The notes beneath the pieces were generated by a model that saw only the letters and a program-made list of their open reading frames with translations, was not told where the DNA came from and did not search any database. 64,000 bases of DNA from Candidatus Fermentibacteraceae bacterium (GTDB taxonomy: Bacteria; Fermentibacterota; Fermentibacteria; Fermentibacterales; JCC-6), in the NCBI GenBank assembly GCA_041750285.1, contig JBGSZS010000018.1:64048-128047 (forward strand), in the 5' to 3' direction. This document shows positions 19,702 through 28,537 of this stretch, one piece after another. The position numbers were made by a program, and so were the translations under genes. Within the stretch, counting starts at the first letter, position 1. Each line of letters begins with the position of its first letter.

Positions 19702-20873
19702 GATGCCGCCGCAAGCCTCACAGTATCGCGTGTGCCGCCGAACCGCCAGGACACTGACGTCGTACGGGGTCCGCAGCAGACCGCTATCCACACTGTGCCC
19801 ACCGGCTTGTCGGGCGTGCCCCCCGACGGGCCGGCTATCCCCGTGACCGACACTCCGCAGCTGGAACCGAAGGCATCGCGGACACCAAGGGCCATTGCCA
19901 GTGCGACCTCGCTGCTGACCGCTCCCCGGGAGCTGATGAGCTGCTCCGGAACACCTGTAAGGCGTGTCTTTGATTCGTTGGAGTAAACAGAGACCCCCCC
20001 GGCGAACCACTCGGAGGCTCCCGGAATCCGTGTCAGCGCGGCGGAGACAAGACCTCCGGTGCAGGACTCGGCCGTTGCCGCCACAAGCCCCCTGGACTTG
20101 AGCTCGGTCCCCAGAACCTCTTCGAGTGACCGGTCACGCTCAAGCGAATAGACCCTGGGTCCGAGAAGCGAGACAACCGCATCCCTGAAACCGGGGGCTC
20201 CCGGACCGTCGAAGCCGAGGTCGACCCTGCCCGGGGAGGGAAGGTATGCCGGTGAAAGGCCGAATCTGTCCTGAACCGGTCTCAAGGTGTTGAAAAGGTC
20301 GCCCTCCCTGATTCCCCAGGTTCGCACGTGGAAACCCGAGCCGCGTGTTTCCACGATCCCGGCAACGGACAGGCAGGCCTGAAACAACTCCCGGACTTCG
20401 TGGGGAACTCCCGGAAGCGAGACGACAATTCCGCCGAGTGCGGGAAGCACAACCCCGGGGGCAACACCTGCAGGGTTCCTGACGGGGATCGAGCCCTCGG
20501 GCAGCACGGCCTGTTTCAGGGCTCCTTCGGGAACCTTCTCACCGGCGTTGCGGTAACGGGCGTCGATCATCGCAGCGGCTGCCGGGCAATCGCGAAGTGG
20601 AACGCCGAGAGCACGCGCGACTCCCTCGAGCGTTATGTCGTCGGAGGTGGGACCCAGACCGCCCGTGGTGACAAGCAGGGTTCCGGGAAGGAGCATTTCA
20701 CGAACCGCTGCGGCTATCTCATCGGGATCGTCACGGACGACCCTGGCTTCGTTCAGGGGAAGGCCCCGCCCATTCAGCACTCCCCCAAGGAAGTGGAGGT
20801 TCACGTCACGCGTGCGGCCCGAAAGGAGTTCGTTCCCAACCGCGAGAAGCACCGCCCGAAGAGGCCTCACCAT
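19656..20873 (-). CDS. cinA: competence/damage-inducible protein CinA (NMN deamidase)
   Basis: Has both the MoCF-biosynthesis-like N-terminal domain and the CinA C-terminal domain (LVSAALTRIPGASEWFAGGVSVYSNESK). Confidence 0.85.
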   Translation of the reverse strand: MVRPLRAVLLAVGNELLSGRTRDVNLHFLGGVLNGRGLPLNEARVVRDDPDEIAAAVREMLLPGTLLVTTGGLGPTSDDITLEGVARALGVPLRDCPAAAAMIDARYRNAGEKVPEGALKQAVLPEGSIPVRNPAGVAPGVVLPALGGIVVSLPGVPHEVRELFQACLSVAGIVETRGSGFHVRTWGIREGDLFNTLRPVQDRFGLSPAYLPSPGRVDLGFDGPGAPGFRDAVVSLLGPRVYSLERDRSLEEVLGTELKSRGLVAATAESCTGGLVSAALTRIPGASEWFAGGVSVYSNESKTRLTGVPEQLISSRGAVSSEVALAMALGVRDAFGSSCGVSVTGIAGPSGGTPDKPVGTVWIAVCCGPRTTSVSWRFGGTRDTVRLAAASCALGVLLQLVREDR

Positions 20874-21322
20874 GGAAGGAGGGTTCCCGCCCCGAAAAGG
20901 ACCGCCGCAGCGATCAGACCGGCTGCGATGTCATCGGCCAGGATGCCGAAGGGTGAGTCCATCCTGTCCAGAAGTGAAACCGGCCATGGCTTTGCGATGT
21001 CCATCACCCTGAAGAGCACCAGGGCGGCCGCGATACCGTAAAGGCCCCATCCCGCGGGTGAAGCCAGGCATGCAACCCAGCACCCCGCGAACTCGTCGAT
21101 GTTCACCCTGGAGGGGTCTTTCCCCCAAAGACGCCTGCCGCTGTGGCAGCCTGTCCAGGCCAGCGCGATTATCGGGAGAACGAGCAGGGTACGGGCGGGA
21201 CCGGCCAGCGCGAAGACCAGGGCGGATAGAATGCTTCCCACGGTGCCGGGGGCCACGGGGGAAAAACCCGAGCCAAGGCATGTGGCCAGGGCTGCCCCGG
21301 CGAAGTCCCTGAAGCCTTTCAC
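20867..21322 (-). CDS. pgpA: phosphatidylglycerophosphatase A
   Basis: GLGSGFSPVAPGTVGS is the PgpA motif. The GTG start overlaps the pgsA stop in a GTGA junction. Confidence 0.75.
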   Translation of the reverse strand: MKGFRDFAGAALATCLGSGFSPVAPGTVGSILSALVFALAGPARTLLVLPIIALAWTGCHSGRRLWGKDPSRVNIDEFAGCWVACLASPAGWGLYGIAAALVLFRVMDIAKPWPVSLLDRMDSPFGILADDIAAGLIAAAVLFGAGTLLPW

Positions 21323-21888
21323 AGCCCCAGTCTTCCCACTATGCGCCGGTTGAGCCAGAGGTAGTGGAGCCCTGAAGCAAGGGTGATGACCACGGACAGG
21401 ACGAGCACCCAGTAGGCGGCATTCATCGTGCTTCGGGAGAAGGCCGTGCCCCTGGTCTCCATCACCACGGCAAGAAGGTAGAACAGAACGACCCCCATCT
21501 GAAGCACGGCCTTGAGCTTCCCGATGCGGGACGGCAGTATCAGCACGCCGGCGTACGCCGCGATGGACCTGAGGCCCGTGACCAGAAGCTCTCTCCCCAC
21601 GACGGCGTACACGGCCCAAACCGGAACAAGGGCAAGCTGAGCCAGCCCGATGAAGGCAAGGCTCACAAGAAGCTTGTCGGCCAGAGGATCGAGAAATTTG
21701 CCGAGGTTGGAGACCCAGCCGTGCCTGCGTGCAAGATGGCCGTCGACGAAGTCGGTAAGGCTCGCCGCAAGGAACACCACGAAGGCCGCATACCGGCAGC
21801 CCGGGCTGCCGGAAAGAAGAAGCCCCATGAAAACGGGGGCCATGATCATTCGTGCGACTGTGAGCCTGTTGGGCCAGTTCATGCCCAT
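21319..21888 (-). CDS. pgsA: CDP-diacylglycerol--glycerol-3-phosphate 3-phosphatidyltransferase
   Basis: CDP-alcohol phosphatidyltransferase motif DFVDGHLAR...G...D...AD. Confidence 0.85.
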   Translation of the reverse strand: MGMNWPNRLTVARMIMAPVFMGLLLSGSPGCRYAAFVVFLAASLTDFVDGHLARRHGWVSNLGKFLDPLADKLLVSLAFIGLAQLALVPVWAVYAVVGRELLVTGLRSIAAYAGVLILPSRIGKLKAVLQMGVVLFYLLAVVMETRGTAFSRSTMNAAYWVLVLSVVITLASGLHYLWLNRRIVGRLGL

Positions 21889-22475
21889 CAGACCCGGCTT
21901 CTCCCCTTCAGCGCCTGGGTGAGGGTGAGGGCGTCGGCGTACTCGACAAGGGCTCCGGGGGGAAGCCCCCGTGCAAGGCGTGTCACCGGAACCGAAAGTC
22001 CTTCGAGGGCGCGCGCGATGTAGGCGCAGGTGGCTTCACCCTCGGTCGTGGAGTCGAGCGCCAGGATCACCTCCTGGGCTCCGGTCGAACCGACCCTTTC
22101 AAGAAGCGCGGGGATGCCCAGTTCCCGTGGTCCGATGCCGTCGAGTGGAGCGAGGCTTCCATGAAGGACGAAATAGGTTCCCCTGAAAAGACCCGTGTCC
22201 TCGATGGAACGCTGGTCGGCCGGGGTGTGGACCACACAGATCGAACTGGCCCTGGCGGTGTTCCGGCAGATCTCACAGGCCTCTTCAAGTGTCAGGTTTC
22301 TGCAGAAAGGGCATTCGTGGACATTCCGGGCAGTATCGGATAGCACAGATGCGAGCTCTTCGGAAAGCTCCCTGTTGTCAACCAGGGAAAAGGCCAGTCT
22401 GAGGGCCGTTTTCCTGCCTATCCCGGGGAGCTTCGAAAGGGCGTCGGACAGGCGGTCGACGGGGGAAGCGCTCAA
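21888..22475 (-). CDS. recR: recombination protein RecR
   Basis: LPGIGRKTALRLAF helix-hairpin-helix, a C4 zinc finger CPFC...CEIC and a Toprim domain. Confidence 0.9.
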   Translation of the reverse strand: MSASPVDRLSDALSKLPGIGRKTALRLAFSLVDNRELSEELASVLSDTARNVHECPFCRNLTLEEACEICRNTARASSICVVHTPADQRSIEDTGLFRGTYFVLHGSLAPLDGIGPRELGIPALLERVGSTGAQEVILALDSTTEGEATCAYIARALEGLSVPVTRLARGLPPGALVEYADALTLTQALKGRSRV

Positions 22476-22804
22476 AAAAGGTCCCCCAGACCCGGGGGGA
22501 TGCCCAGCCCCTGCATCTTCTCGCGGGCCAGCTCCCGGCTCCTCCCGACGGCGTCCTGCACCGCGGAAAGCACAAGGTCTTCCAGCATCTCCACATCGGA
22601 GGGGTCCACGGCATCAGGCGAGATGCGAATGCCCTTCAGCTCGCCCTGCCCGTTAACGACCGCCGTGACCATGCCGCCGCCGGATGTGCCCTCAACCGTT
22701 GCGGCCGCCAACTCCTCCTGTGCCTTCATCATTCCTGACTGCATCTTCTGGGCCTGGGCCATCATGTCCCGCATCTTACGGTTCACCGCGAACTCCTTCT
22801 CCAC
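22472..22804 (-). CDS. ybaB: nucleoid-associated protein YbaB/EbfC
   Basis: 110 aa, MMKQAQKMQ-type N-terminus and the usual dnaX-ybaB-recR synteny. Confidence 0.85.
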   Translation of the reverse strand: MEKEFAVNRKMRDMMAQAQKMQSGMMKAQEELAAATVEGTSGGGMVTAVVNGQGELKGIRISPDAVDPSDVEMLEDLVLSAVQDAVGRSRELAREKMQGLGIPPGLGDLF

Positions 22805-24134
22805 CCGGCTCGGGAATGAGGTCGAACAACCCTGCTATCTCCTTTATCTCTTCGTTTTCCCTGACCCGCGCGGTTTCTTCGGAGCCTCCTGCAGGGAGCG
22901 CGGGGTCTGCCTTGACCGGTTCGGGATCGGGAGGACCGTCGGACGGTGCAACCGCCGTTCCGACCTCGAGAGGCGCTGCCTCACCGCATGGAACGGCGGC
23001 CGTCGAGGGTCCTGCCGTCACCTTGGGGAGGTGGCTGAGATCGAACACGCTGGAAAGCCTTGAGGCGGTAAGCAGGGCGCCTTCGATCGTTATGCGTGGA
23101 TCGGCACCCTCCCTGATCTGCGCCGATGCGGCAGCCATGATCCTCATCACGTTGAGAACGGCGATGTCCGGCACACCGGCAACGGATGACCTCACAAGCT
23201 CCATCTCGCCCTCGGACAGGTCGACGATCCCCTTTTCCGCCCCTGTGGCAGCGAGCATCATGTTCCTCAGGAAGAGGGAAAAGGCCTCGTTGAACTCCTC
23301 GATGCTGTAGCCCCTGAGTGAAGCCTCTTCCAGAAGATCGAGGGCGGTCGAGGGGCTGGAGGTGAGAACCGCCCTGGCGACCCCCGCGAGAAGGTCGGAC
23401 TCGACCAGACCGAGCAGCCTGGAAACGGTGTCCGAGGTGATGTCGTTTCCCGCGAAGCTCACGAGCTGGTCCATGAGTGAAAGGGCGTCCCTCATGCTTC
23501 CGCCCGATGCCCTGCAGACAAGGCCAAGTGCGTCCCTGCTTACCGATATGCCCTCGCGCGCCGCTTCGGTTGCAATGTAGTCGGCCATCACGCGGAAGGG
23601 GATACGTCGGAAATCGAACCTCTGGCAACGGCTCAGGATGGTGGCCGGAACCTTCCGGGGTTCGGTGGTGGCGAATATGAAAACGACCTTTTCCGGCGGT
23701 TCTTCAAGGGTCTTCAGAAGGGCGTTGAAGGCTTCCTTCGTGAGCATGTGGACTTCGTCTATGATGTAGACCTTGTAGCCCCCCCCGGCTGCTGCGTACC
23801 TGGCTTTTTCACGAAGGTCCCGGATCTCGTCGATGCCTCGGTTGCTTGCTCCGTCGATCTCCAGCACGTCAAGGTGGGAGCCGGCGGTTATCTGGAGGCA
23901 TGCCGGGCAGACAAGGCAGGGATCGGGCGTGGGACCCTTTTCGCAGTTGAGGCCCTTGGCAAGGATTCGTGCGGTCGTTGTCTTGCCCACGCCCCGGGGG
24001 CCAGAGAAAAGGTATGCGTGACCTGCCCTGCCGGAGGCGATGGCATTCTGGAGGGTCACCGTTATGTGCTCCTGGGCGGCCACTTCGGTAAATGTCTGGG
24101 GGCGCCACTTCCTGGCGAAGACAAGGTAGCTCAT
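22776..24134 (-). CDS. dnaX: DNA polymerase III subunit gamma/tau
   Basis: MSYLVFARKWRPQTF...GPRGVGKTTTARILAKGLNC. The start is trimmed to the ATG at 24132-24134, because the upstream extension overlaps the SRP RNA. Confidence 0.85.
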   Translation of the reverse strand: MSYLVFARKWRPQTFTEVAAQEHITVTLQNAIASGRAGHAYLFSGPRGVGKTTTARILAKGLNCEKGPTPDPCLVCPACLQITAGSHLDVLEIDGASNRGIDEIRDLREKARYAAAGGGYKVYIIDEVHMLTKEAFNALLKTLEEPPEKVVFIFATTEPRKVPATILSRCQRFDFRRIPFRVMADYIATEAAREGISVSRDALGLVCRASGGSMRDALSLMDQLVSFAGNDITSDTVSRLLGLVESDLLAGVARAVLTSSPSTALDLLEEASLRGYSIEEFNEAFSLFLRNMMLAATGAEKGIVDLSEGEMELVRSSVAGVPDIAVLNVMRIMAAASAQIREGADPRITIEGALLTASRLSSVFDLSHLPKVTAGPSTAAVPCGEAAPLEVGTAVAPSDGPPDPEPVKADPALPAGGSEETARVRENEEIKEIAGLFDLIPEPGGEGVRGEP

Positions 24135-24184
24135 GCGGCTCTCCCTTCGGGGGAAGGTGAAGAGGGACTCACGCGGGAACATGG

Positions 24185-24292
24185 AACACCCGGGCGGAAA
24201 CGGGGTGGCCGCGTCACCCGAAGGACACCGCTTACGGCTGCTGCCTTCCGGCCCTGACCGGGTTCGCGGGCTTCCGCCGCGCGGGCCCCGCT
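24185..24292 (-). ncRNA. ffs: signal recognition particle RNA (small 4.5S type)
   Basis: The minus-strand sequence ACCCGGUCAGGGCCGGAAGGCAGCAGCCGUAAGCGG matches the conserved SRP RNA domain IV (E. coli CCAGGUCAGGUCCGGAAGGAAGCAGCCAAGGCAG). A closing helix forms between GGCGGAAGC and GUUUCCGCC. It sits in the canonical position upstream of dnaX. Confidence 0.65.
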
Positions 24293-24369
24293 TCCGTATG
24301 CCCGGGTGCCGCCGCCGACTCGTTGGAACCGGCAGCACCGGAGAATATATGGAAAAAGGGCAAAACCGG

Positions 24370-25809
24370 TCAGGGAATCACAAGGAGCCGGTAACAGGAG
24401 CTGTTCCTCACGGATGGGATCCCGGGGATGGAATCACCCAAAAAGCCCCCTGGCAATGCCTGGTTTTCCCTGTTCCCGTTTATGAACACGGGGAAGTTGC
24501 GGATCCACTGAGCCCCGCCCGCGACGCTGCTCGTGGTTTCCACGACCACGCCAATGCCCGAGGCCTGAGCCGCCGGAAGGCTCCTCAGCCAGGCAGCCGC
24601 ATCGGCAACCCCGGCCTCTCTGACCGTTACGATCGTGGAGAGGGGGATGACCGAAAGCCCGGGGTTCCTGGCCCTCAGGACCTCGGCCAGAAACACAGCG
24701 GCGGTGTCGCCCGCGAGGGGATAGATGCCGGGTGCGAAATTCTCCCACTGCAGGTCGGGGGAGCGGTTGACCGCCAGGGCGAAAGTGTCTGGGGAAAATG
24801 CCGTCGAGTCACCGCCGGCCAGAACGGCGCCAAGGGGAAGGTCTGCTGAGATGTCGGGCGCAGTGTTCGTGGAGTCGGCAACCATGTCCCTGATGCGGGC
24901 GTAACTCCAGAAGCGTGAAGAGGATGAATCCTGCTGCAACGGCATCACGACCTCGGACGGGGGATCGGGGGTTGAGAACAGGTTGTCCTCCCCTCCTTCC
25001 GGAGCCTTGCGCGAATCGAACACCCCCGCGGCGAGCAGGACCCCAAGTACAACCATTATGGAAACCGCCACGAAGGGAAGGACAGGAATGCGCGCTCCGC
25101 CACCGGAATGGCAGCTCGCTGCTGCCACCGCTCCGCCCTGCCTTCTGTAGGCAACCCGGCTCTCCCTGATGAGAGTGGCCAGCCAGCCCTCCATGTTCTT
25201 CCCGGTGCCCCTCTTGAGCGCGCCTTCCCGAAGGTGCATCCATACGCCGGGTGTCGCGGCCAGCACCACTGCACCCGGATTGATACGGGTGTGACCCGTG
25301 ACGATGTGGTTCCCCTCACCGCCCAGCCAGTGTGAAAGGTCACGTATGCGGCGGGAGTATTCGGGGTGGTCCCTCCCCAAGCCGGACGATTCGGCTTCGG
25401 AGCAATCTGTGGCCAGGATGGAGACGGTGTCTTCATCGAATTTGAGTATCCGGCAGGCGCCGGTCGAGGCGAACCATGCGTGGGTGCCGCAGAACGCAAC
25501 TGCGGCCACGCTGCAGCCTCCGTGACCGTTCCTGCGGATGATGTCGGCCGCTTCCCGGAGAGCATCTCCCAGGGCTTCCTCGATGCCGTAGGCAACTCCC
25601 TCGGCGAAGACGTCGCGAACCGTGTTTACTGCGATCTCGGCGGAGGGGTCGTCATCGGGGTTGAGCCCCTCGGCGACAACGACAACGCCCGCGTAGGGGA
25701 ATTCGCCCAGATAGCCGTCGGAACACACCCTGCGCTGAAGCCTGCTGCGTCCCGGTTGAGACTTCCATGCTCCCACGCAACCTGGTTGTGCTGACTTGCC
25801 TCCGCTCAT
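24370..25809 (-). CDS. PP2C-like (PPM-fold) domain protein with a single TM helix and a large C-terminal extracytoplasmic domain; possibly a pseudo-phosphatase
   Basis: N-terminal region colinear with PP2C motifs (VVVVAEGLNPDDD, AAVAFCGTHAWFASTGACRI, VVLAATPGVW). TM segment IPVLPFVAVSIMVVLGVLLAAGVF. A roughly 230-aa Ser/Ala-rich C-terminal domain. Confidence 0.55.
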   Translation of the reverse strand: MSGGKSAQPGCVGAWKSQPGRSRLQRRVCSDGYLGEFPYAGVVVVAEGLNPDDDPSAEIAVNTVRDVFAEGVAYGIEEALGDALREAADIIRRNGHGGCSVAAVAFCGTHAWFASTGACRILKFDEDTVSILATDCSEAESSGLGRDHPEYSRRIRDLSHWLGGEGNHIVTGHTRINPGAVVLAATPGVWMHLREGALKRGTGKNMEGWLATLIRESRVAYRRQGGAVAAASCHSGGGARIPVLPFVAVSIMVVLGVLLAAGVFDSRKAPEGGEDNLFSTPDPPSEVVMPLQQDSSSSRFWSYARIRDMVADSTNTAPDISADLPLGAVLAGGDSTAFSPDTFALAVNRSPDLQWENFAPGIYPLAGDTAAVFLAEVLRARNPGLSVIPLSTIVTVREAGVADAAAWLRSLPAAQASGIGVVVETTSSVAGGAQWIRNFPVFINGNRENQALPGGFLGDSIPGIPSVRNSSCYRLLVIP

Positions 25810-25839
25810 GCAAACCCCGGTTCACTTGAGGATCAGAAC

Positions 25840-25915
25840 TGGTGGAGATGAGCGGGATCGAACCGCCGGCCTCTGCCTTGCGAAGGCAGCGCTCTACCAA
25901 CTGAGCTACATCCCC
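25840..25915 (-). tRNA. tRNA-Ala (anticodon CGC), CCA encoded
   Basis: GGGGAUGUAGCUCAGUUGGUAGAGCGCUGCCUUCGCAAGGCAGAGGCCGGCGGUUCGAUCCCGCUCAUCUCCACCA. G3:U70 identity pair. Anticodon loop UUCGCAA. Confidence 0.85.
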
Positions 25916-25964
25916 ACACCAGTACAACACCCGCGGCCAGCCGCGGAAATTCCTGGCCCGCCGG

Positions 25965-28052
25965 TCAGCCCGTGAAAAGGACCCTTCCACCGCCGGACAG
26001 CACGAGCCAGCCTTCGGAGCCCTCTTCCACGCGCACGCCCCCGTCGGATGCCACCAGAGCCTCAGCCCTGACCGTCATCCCGCGGTTCAACCGCATCATT
26101 CGCGTCCGGCCGGCGGCAAAGAACAGGAGTTCGCCCTCGGCGGTTCCGGAAAGCCTGCTGAGCGAAGGCGCCTGTTCGAGACCGAGGGATTCATGTGAAA
26201 GTCCCGATGGTCTGACCGCAAGCATGTCGAACCTTGCCGTCATGCCTTCGGTGTAAGGCATGCGGACCGCCGACTCATACCCCTGGCCCAGAAGAATGGT
26301 TCCGGTGCCCGTGAGGGTTGTTGCGCCATGCTCATCGGATGAGAAGCATACTTCCGAGTCCATCGCCACCACAAAGGCGGGCCGGACCGCAACCGACCCC
26401 TGATGCAGGTGAAGGATTGTGATCTCGGCGTTCTCGACGGGATGAACCGTGTACAGGCCGGATGGAGCCGGCACTTCAACGGCGGGGACAGGCTCTGCTT
26501 CGGTGGCCTCCGTCTTCCCATCTTCAGTGTCTGCCGTTTCTTCCGCGGGTGGTTCCTCCGAAGCGGGCGCCTCTTCGCGAACGGCTTCGGGTTCAGCCAC
26601 AGGTTCGGGTTCGGGTTCGGCTTCCGGACCCCCGAAGATGGAGGTGAGGACCTCTTCCTCATTCACAGGCTCCACGGCGGGAGGCTCCTCCGCAACGGGC
26701 GCCTCCTCGGGAACCGCTTCGGGCTCGGCCACTTGCTCGGGTTCGGCTTCCGGTTCGGTTTCGGCTTCAGGGCCTCCGAAGATGGCCGAGAGATCGGCCT
26801 CTTCCTGCTTCACAGGCTCCTCGGCGGGTGGCTCCACGGCGGGAGGCTCCTCCGCAACGGGCGCTTCCTCGGGAACCGCTTCGGGCTCGGCCACTTGCTC
26901 GGGTTCGGCTTCCGGTTCGGTTTCGGCTTCAGGGCCTCCGAAGATGGAGGTGAGCACCTCTTCCTCATTCACAGGCTCTTCGGCGGGAGGCTCCTCCGCA
27001 GCGGGTGCCTCTTCGGGAACCGCTTCGGGCTCGGGTTCGGGCTCGGGTTCGGGTTCCGGGCCTCCGAAGATGGAGGTGAGCACCTCTTCCTCATTCACAG
27101 GCTCTTCGACGGGTGGCTCTTCCGCAACGGGCGCCTCTTCCTGCACGGTTTCGGAGGGAGCACCCTCTGAAGGCCTTCCGGTGTCGAAGACCGATGCAAG
27201 ATCAAGGGTTTTCTCTTGTGGAGCTGTTGCAGGCCCGGAATCACCGGGCTCGGACTCCCGGGTCCGGCCCGAGCCGCTGAAAATCGAGGAGAAGTCTATC
27301 GGACTTTCGAGATCGGCAGCCGCGGCCCCGGCATCGGCTGGCTCGGCCAGGTCGGCTGCCTTTTTGAAAATACCGGCAAGGTCATCCTTGGAGGATGCAG
27401 GCTTCGCTTCGAAGGATGAGCCGCCGAATATCGAGTCGAGGTCGAGCGCGGGACGGCTCTCCGCGGGTTTCTCCTCCTCGCCGGAGGGTATGCCCATGTT
27501 GGAGAGAAGCTCGGCAACGCCCTCGTCTTCCTGCCTGCCGTTGAGCCCCATGTCAGTGAGAAGGCGGTCGACGCCGGAGTCGGCTGCCGCGAACTCCTCT
27601 TCGGTGCCGGGAACGTCGGGGAAGACCTGCGAACCGTTCGTCACGGTTTCAGGGGTCTCCGGGGCCTGTTCGGGTGAACCTTGCTTGTCGATCCTGGTTA
27701 TGGCCACCTTGGCGCCGTGGTGGCCCGGGTTGATCTCGGCCACAACACGGTAGTTGTCGAGGGCAAGTTCGAAGTCGCCGAGTTCCTCGAGAACCTGCCC
27801 GAGCCTGAAATGAGTGTATATGTTGTTTATCTCGAGGGTCGAGAGCGCTTCGAGCTGTTCGCGGGCCTCTTCCCACAGGCCGAGGCACATGCAGGCATCG
27901 GCCAGAAGGCTTCTTGCCCTGGGTCTTGTGCCGATGAGATCCGTGGCCTTGAGAAGAAGCTCTCGTGCCTGTTCGGCCAGACCCCTTGCGAGATAACCCT
28001 CGGCATCCCTGCACAGGGCTTCGTAGGTATCGCTGGTGAAAGAATCTGCCAT
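25965..28052 (-). CDS. TPR-repeat protein with a long acidic Pro/Glu-rich tandem-repeat linker and a C-terminal globular domain
   Basis: N-terminal TPR repeats (EALCRDAEGYLARGLAEQARELL, NYRVVAEINPGHHGAKV). About four 48-54-aa repeats containing VLTSIFGGPEAEPEPE. A C-terminal roughly 170-aa domain. The antisense ORFs 26403..27170 and 26449..27753 are artefacts of the repeats. Confidence 0.7.
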   Translation of the reverse strand: MADSFTSDTYEALCRDAEGYLARGLAEQARELLLKATDLIGTRPRARSLLADACMCLGLWEEAREQLEALSTLEINNIYTHFRLGQVLEELGDFELALDNYRVVAEINPGHHGAKVAITRIDKQGSPEQAPETPETVTNGSQVFPDVPGTEEEFAAADSGVDRLLTDMGLNGRQEDEGVAELLSNMGIPSGEEEKPAESRPALDLDSIFGGSSFEAKPASSKDDLAGIFKKAADLAEPADAGAAAADLESPIDFSSIFSGSGRTRESEPGDSGPATAPQEKTLDLASVFDTGRPSEGAPSETVQEEAPVAEEPPVEEPVNEEEVLTSIFGGPEPEPEPEPEPEAVPEEAPAAEEPPAEEPVNEEEVLTSIFGGPEAETEPEAEPEQVAEPEAVPEEAPVAEEPPAVEPPAEEPVKQEEADLSAIFGGPEAETEPEAEPEQVAEPEAVPEEAPVAEEPPAVEPVNEEEVLTSIFGGPEAEPEPEPVAEPEAVREEAPASEEPPAEETADTEDGKTEATEAEPVPAVEVPAPSGLYTVHPVENAEITILHLHQGSVAVRPAFVVAMDSEVCFSSDEHGATTLTGTGTILLGQGYESAVRMPYTEGMTARFDMLAVRPSGLSHESLGLEQAPSLSRLSGTAEGELLFFAAGRTRMMRLNRGMTVRAEALVASDGGVRVEEGSEGWLVLSGGGRVLFTG
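26590..27150. repeat. intragenic tandem repeat array (period about 141-162 bp, about 4 copies); copies at 26668..26784 and 26830..26946 are identical except for 1 nt
   Basis: Direct comparison shows ggctccacggcgggaggctcctccgcaacgggcgc[c/t]tcctcgggaaccgcttcgggctcggccacttgctcgggttcggcttccggttcggtttcggcttcagggcctccgaagatgg repeated with a 162-bp offset. Confidence 0.75.
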
Positions 28053-28170
28053 GAGGATCCCCTTACGGTTGATATTCTATCGTACAAAAAATCTTGTTCT
28101 TGTCACGCAGCGGAAAACCGAAGGGCGATCGTCATGAAACGTGTGGGCGATTCCGACCACCGCCCCTGGT

Positions 28171-28263
28171 ACTGGCGGAGAGGGAGGGATTCGAACCCTC
28201 GAGAACGCAAGCGCCCTACACGGTTTCCAACCGTGCTCCTTCGACCGACTCGGACACCTCTCC
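28171..28263 (-). tRNA. tRNA-Ser (anticodon GGA), long variable arm, CCA encoded
   Basis: GGAGAGGUGUCCGAGUCGGUCGAAGGAGCACGGUUGGAAACCGUGUAGGGCGCUUGCGUUCUCGAGGGUUCGAAUCCCUCCCUCUCCGCCA. Confidence 0.85.
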
Positions 28264-28474
28264 CCAGCAAACCGGGCCTAATTCATAGGGAAGGCAGCCG
28301 TCTTTGTCAACGACAGGGTCGAGACGACTGCAAGGCCTTCCCCCGGCACGATCCGGAGAACATATTCCACCATCGTCAGGCATGTGAGACGGGCATCGGT
28401 GGCAGCCACGAAACCCTTCCGCACTGTCCTTCCGTCAACCGTTTTCACGTGGATTCTGAGGGGGTTGTTTTTTC

Positions 28475-28503
28475 TTGAAACTTTCCTATACATTCCATAT
28501 GGT
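28475..28503 (+). promoter_or_regulatory. sigma70-like promoter (TTGAAA -35, 17-nt spacer, TATGGT -10) upstream of the candidate selenoprotein gene
   Basis: tTTGAAActttcctatacattccaTATGGTaagg in an AT-rich stretch, 35 nt upstream of the ATG at 28538. A strong RBS GAAGGAGGTG lies 5 nt before the ATG. Confidence 0.35.
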
Positions 28504-28537
28504 AAGGGTTGGTTTTTTACATTGAAGGAGGTGGTTG

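Noticed and set aside
26403-27753. Long plus-strand ORFs (255 and 434 aa) rich in Ser, Gly and Ala opposite the TPR/acidic-repeat gene
   Set aside because: They are the antisense reading of the GAG/CCG-rich repeat array and have no start context. The minus-strand gene has a TPR N-terminus, a plausible start and a globular C-terminus.
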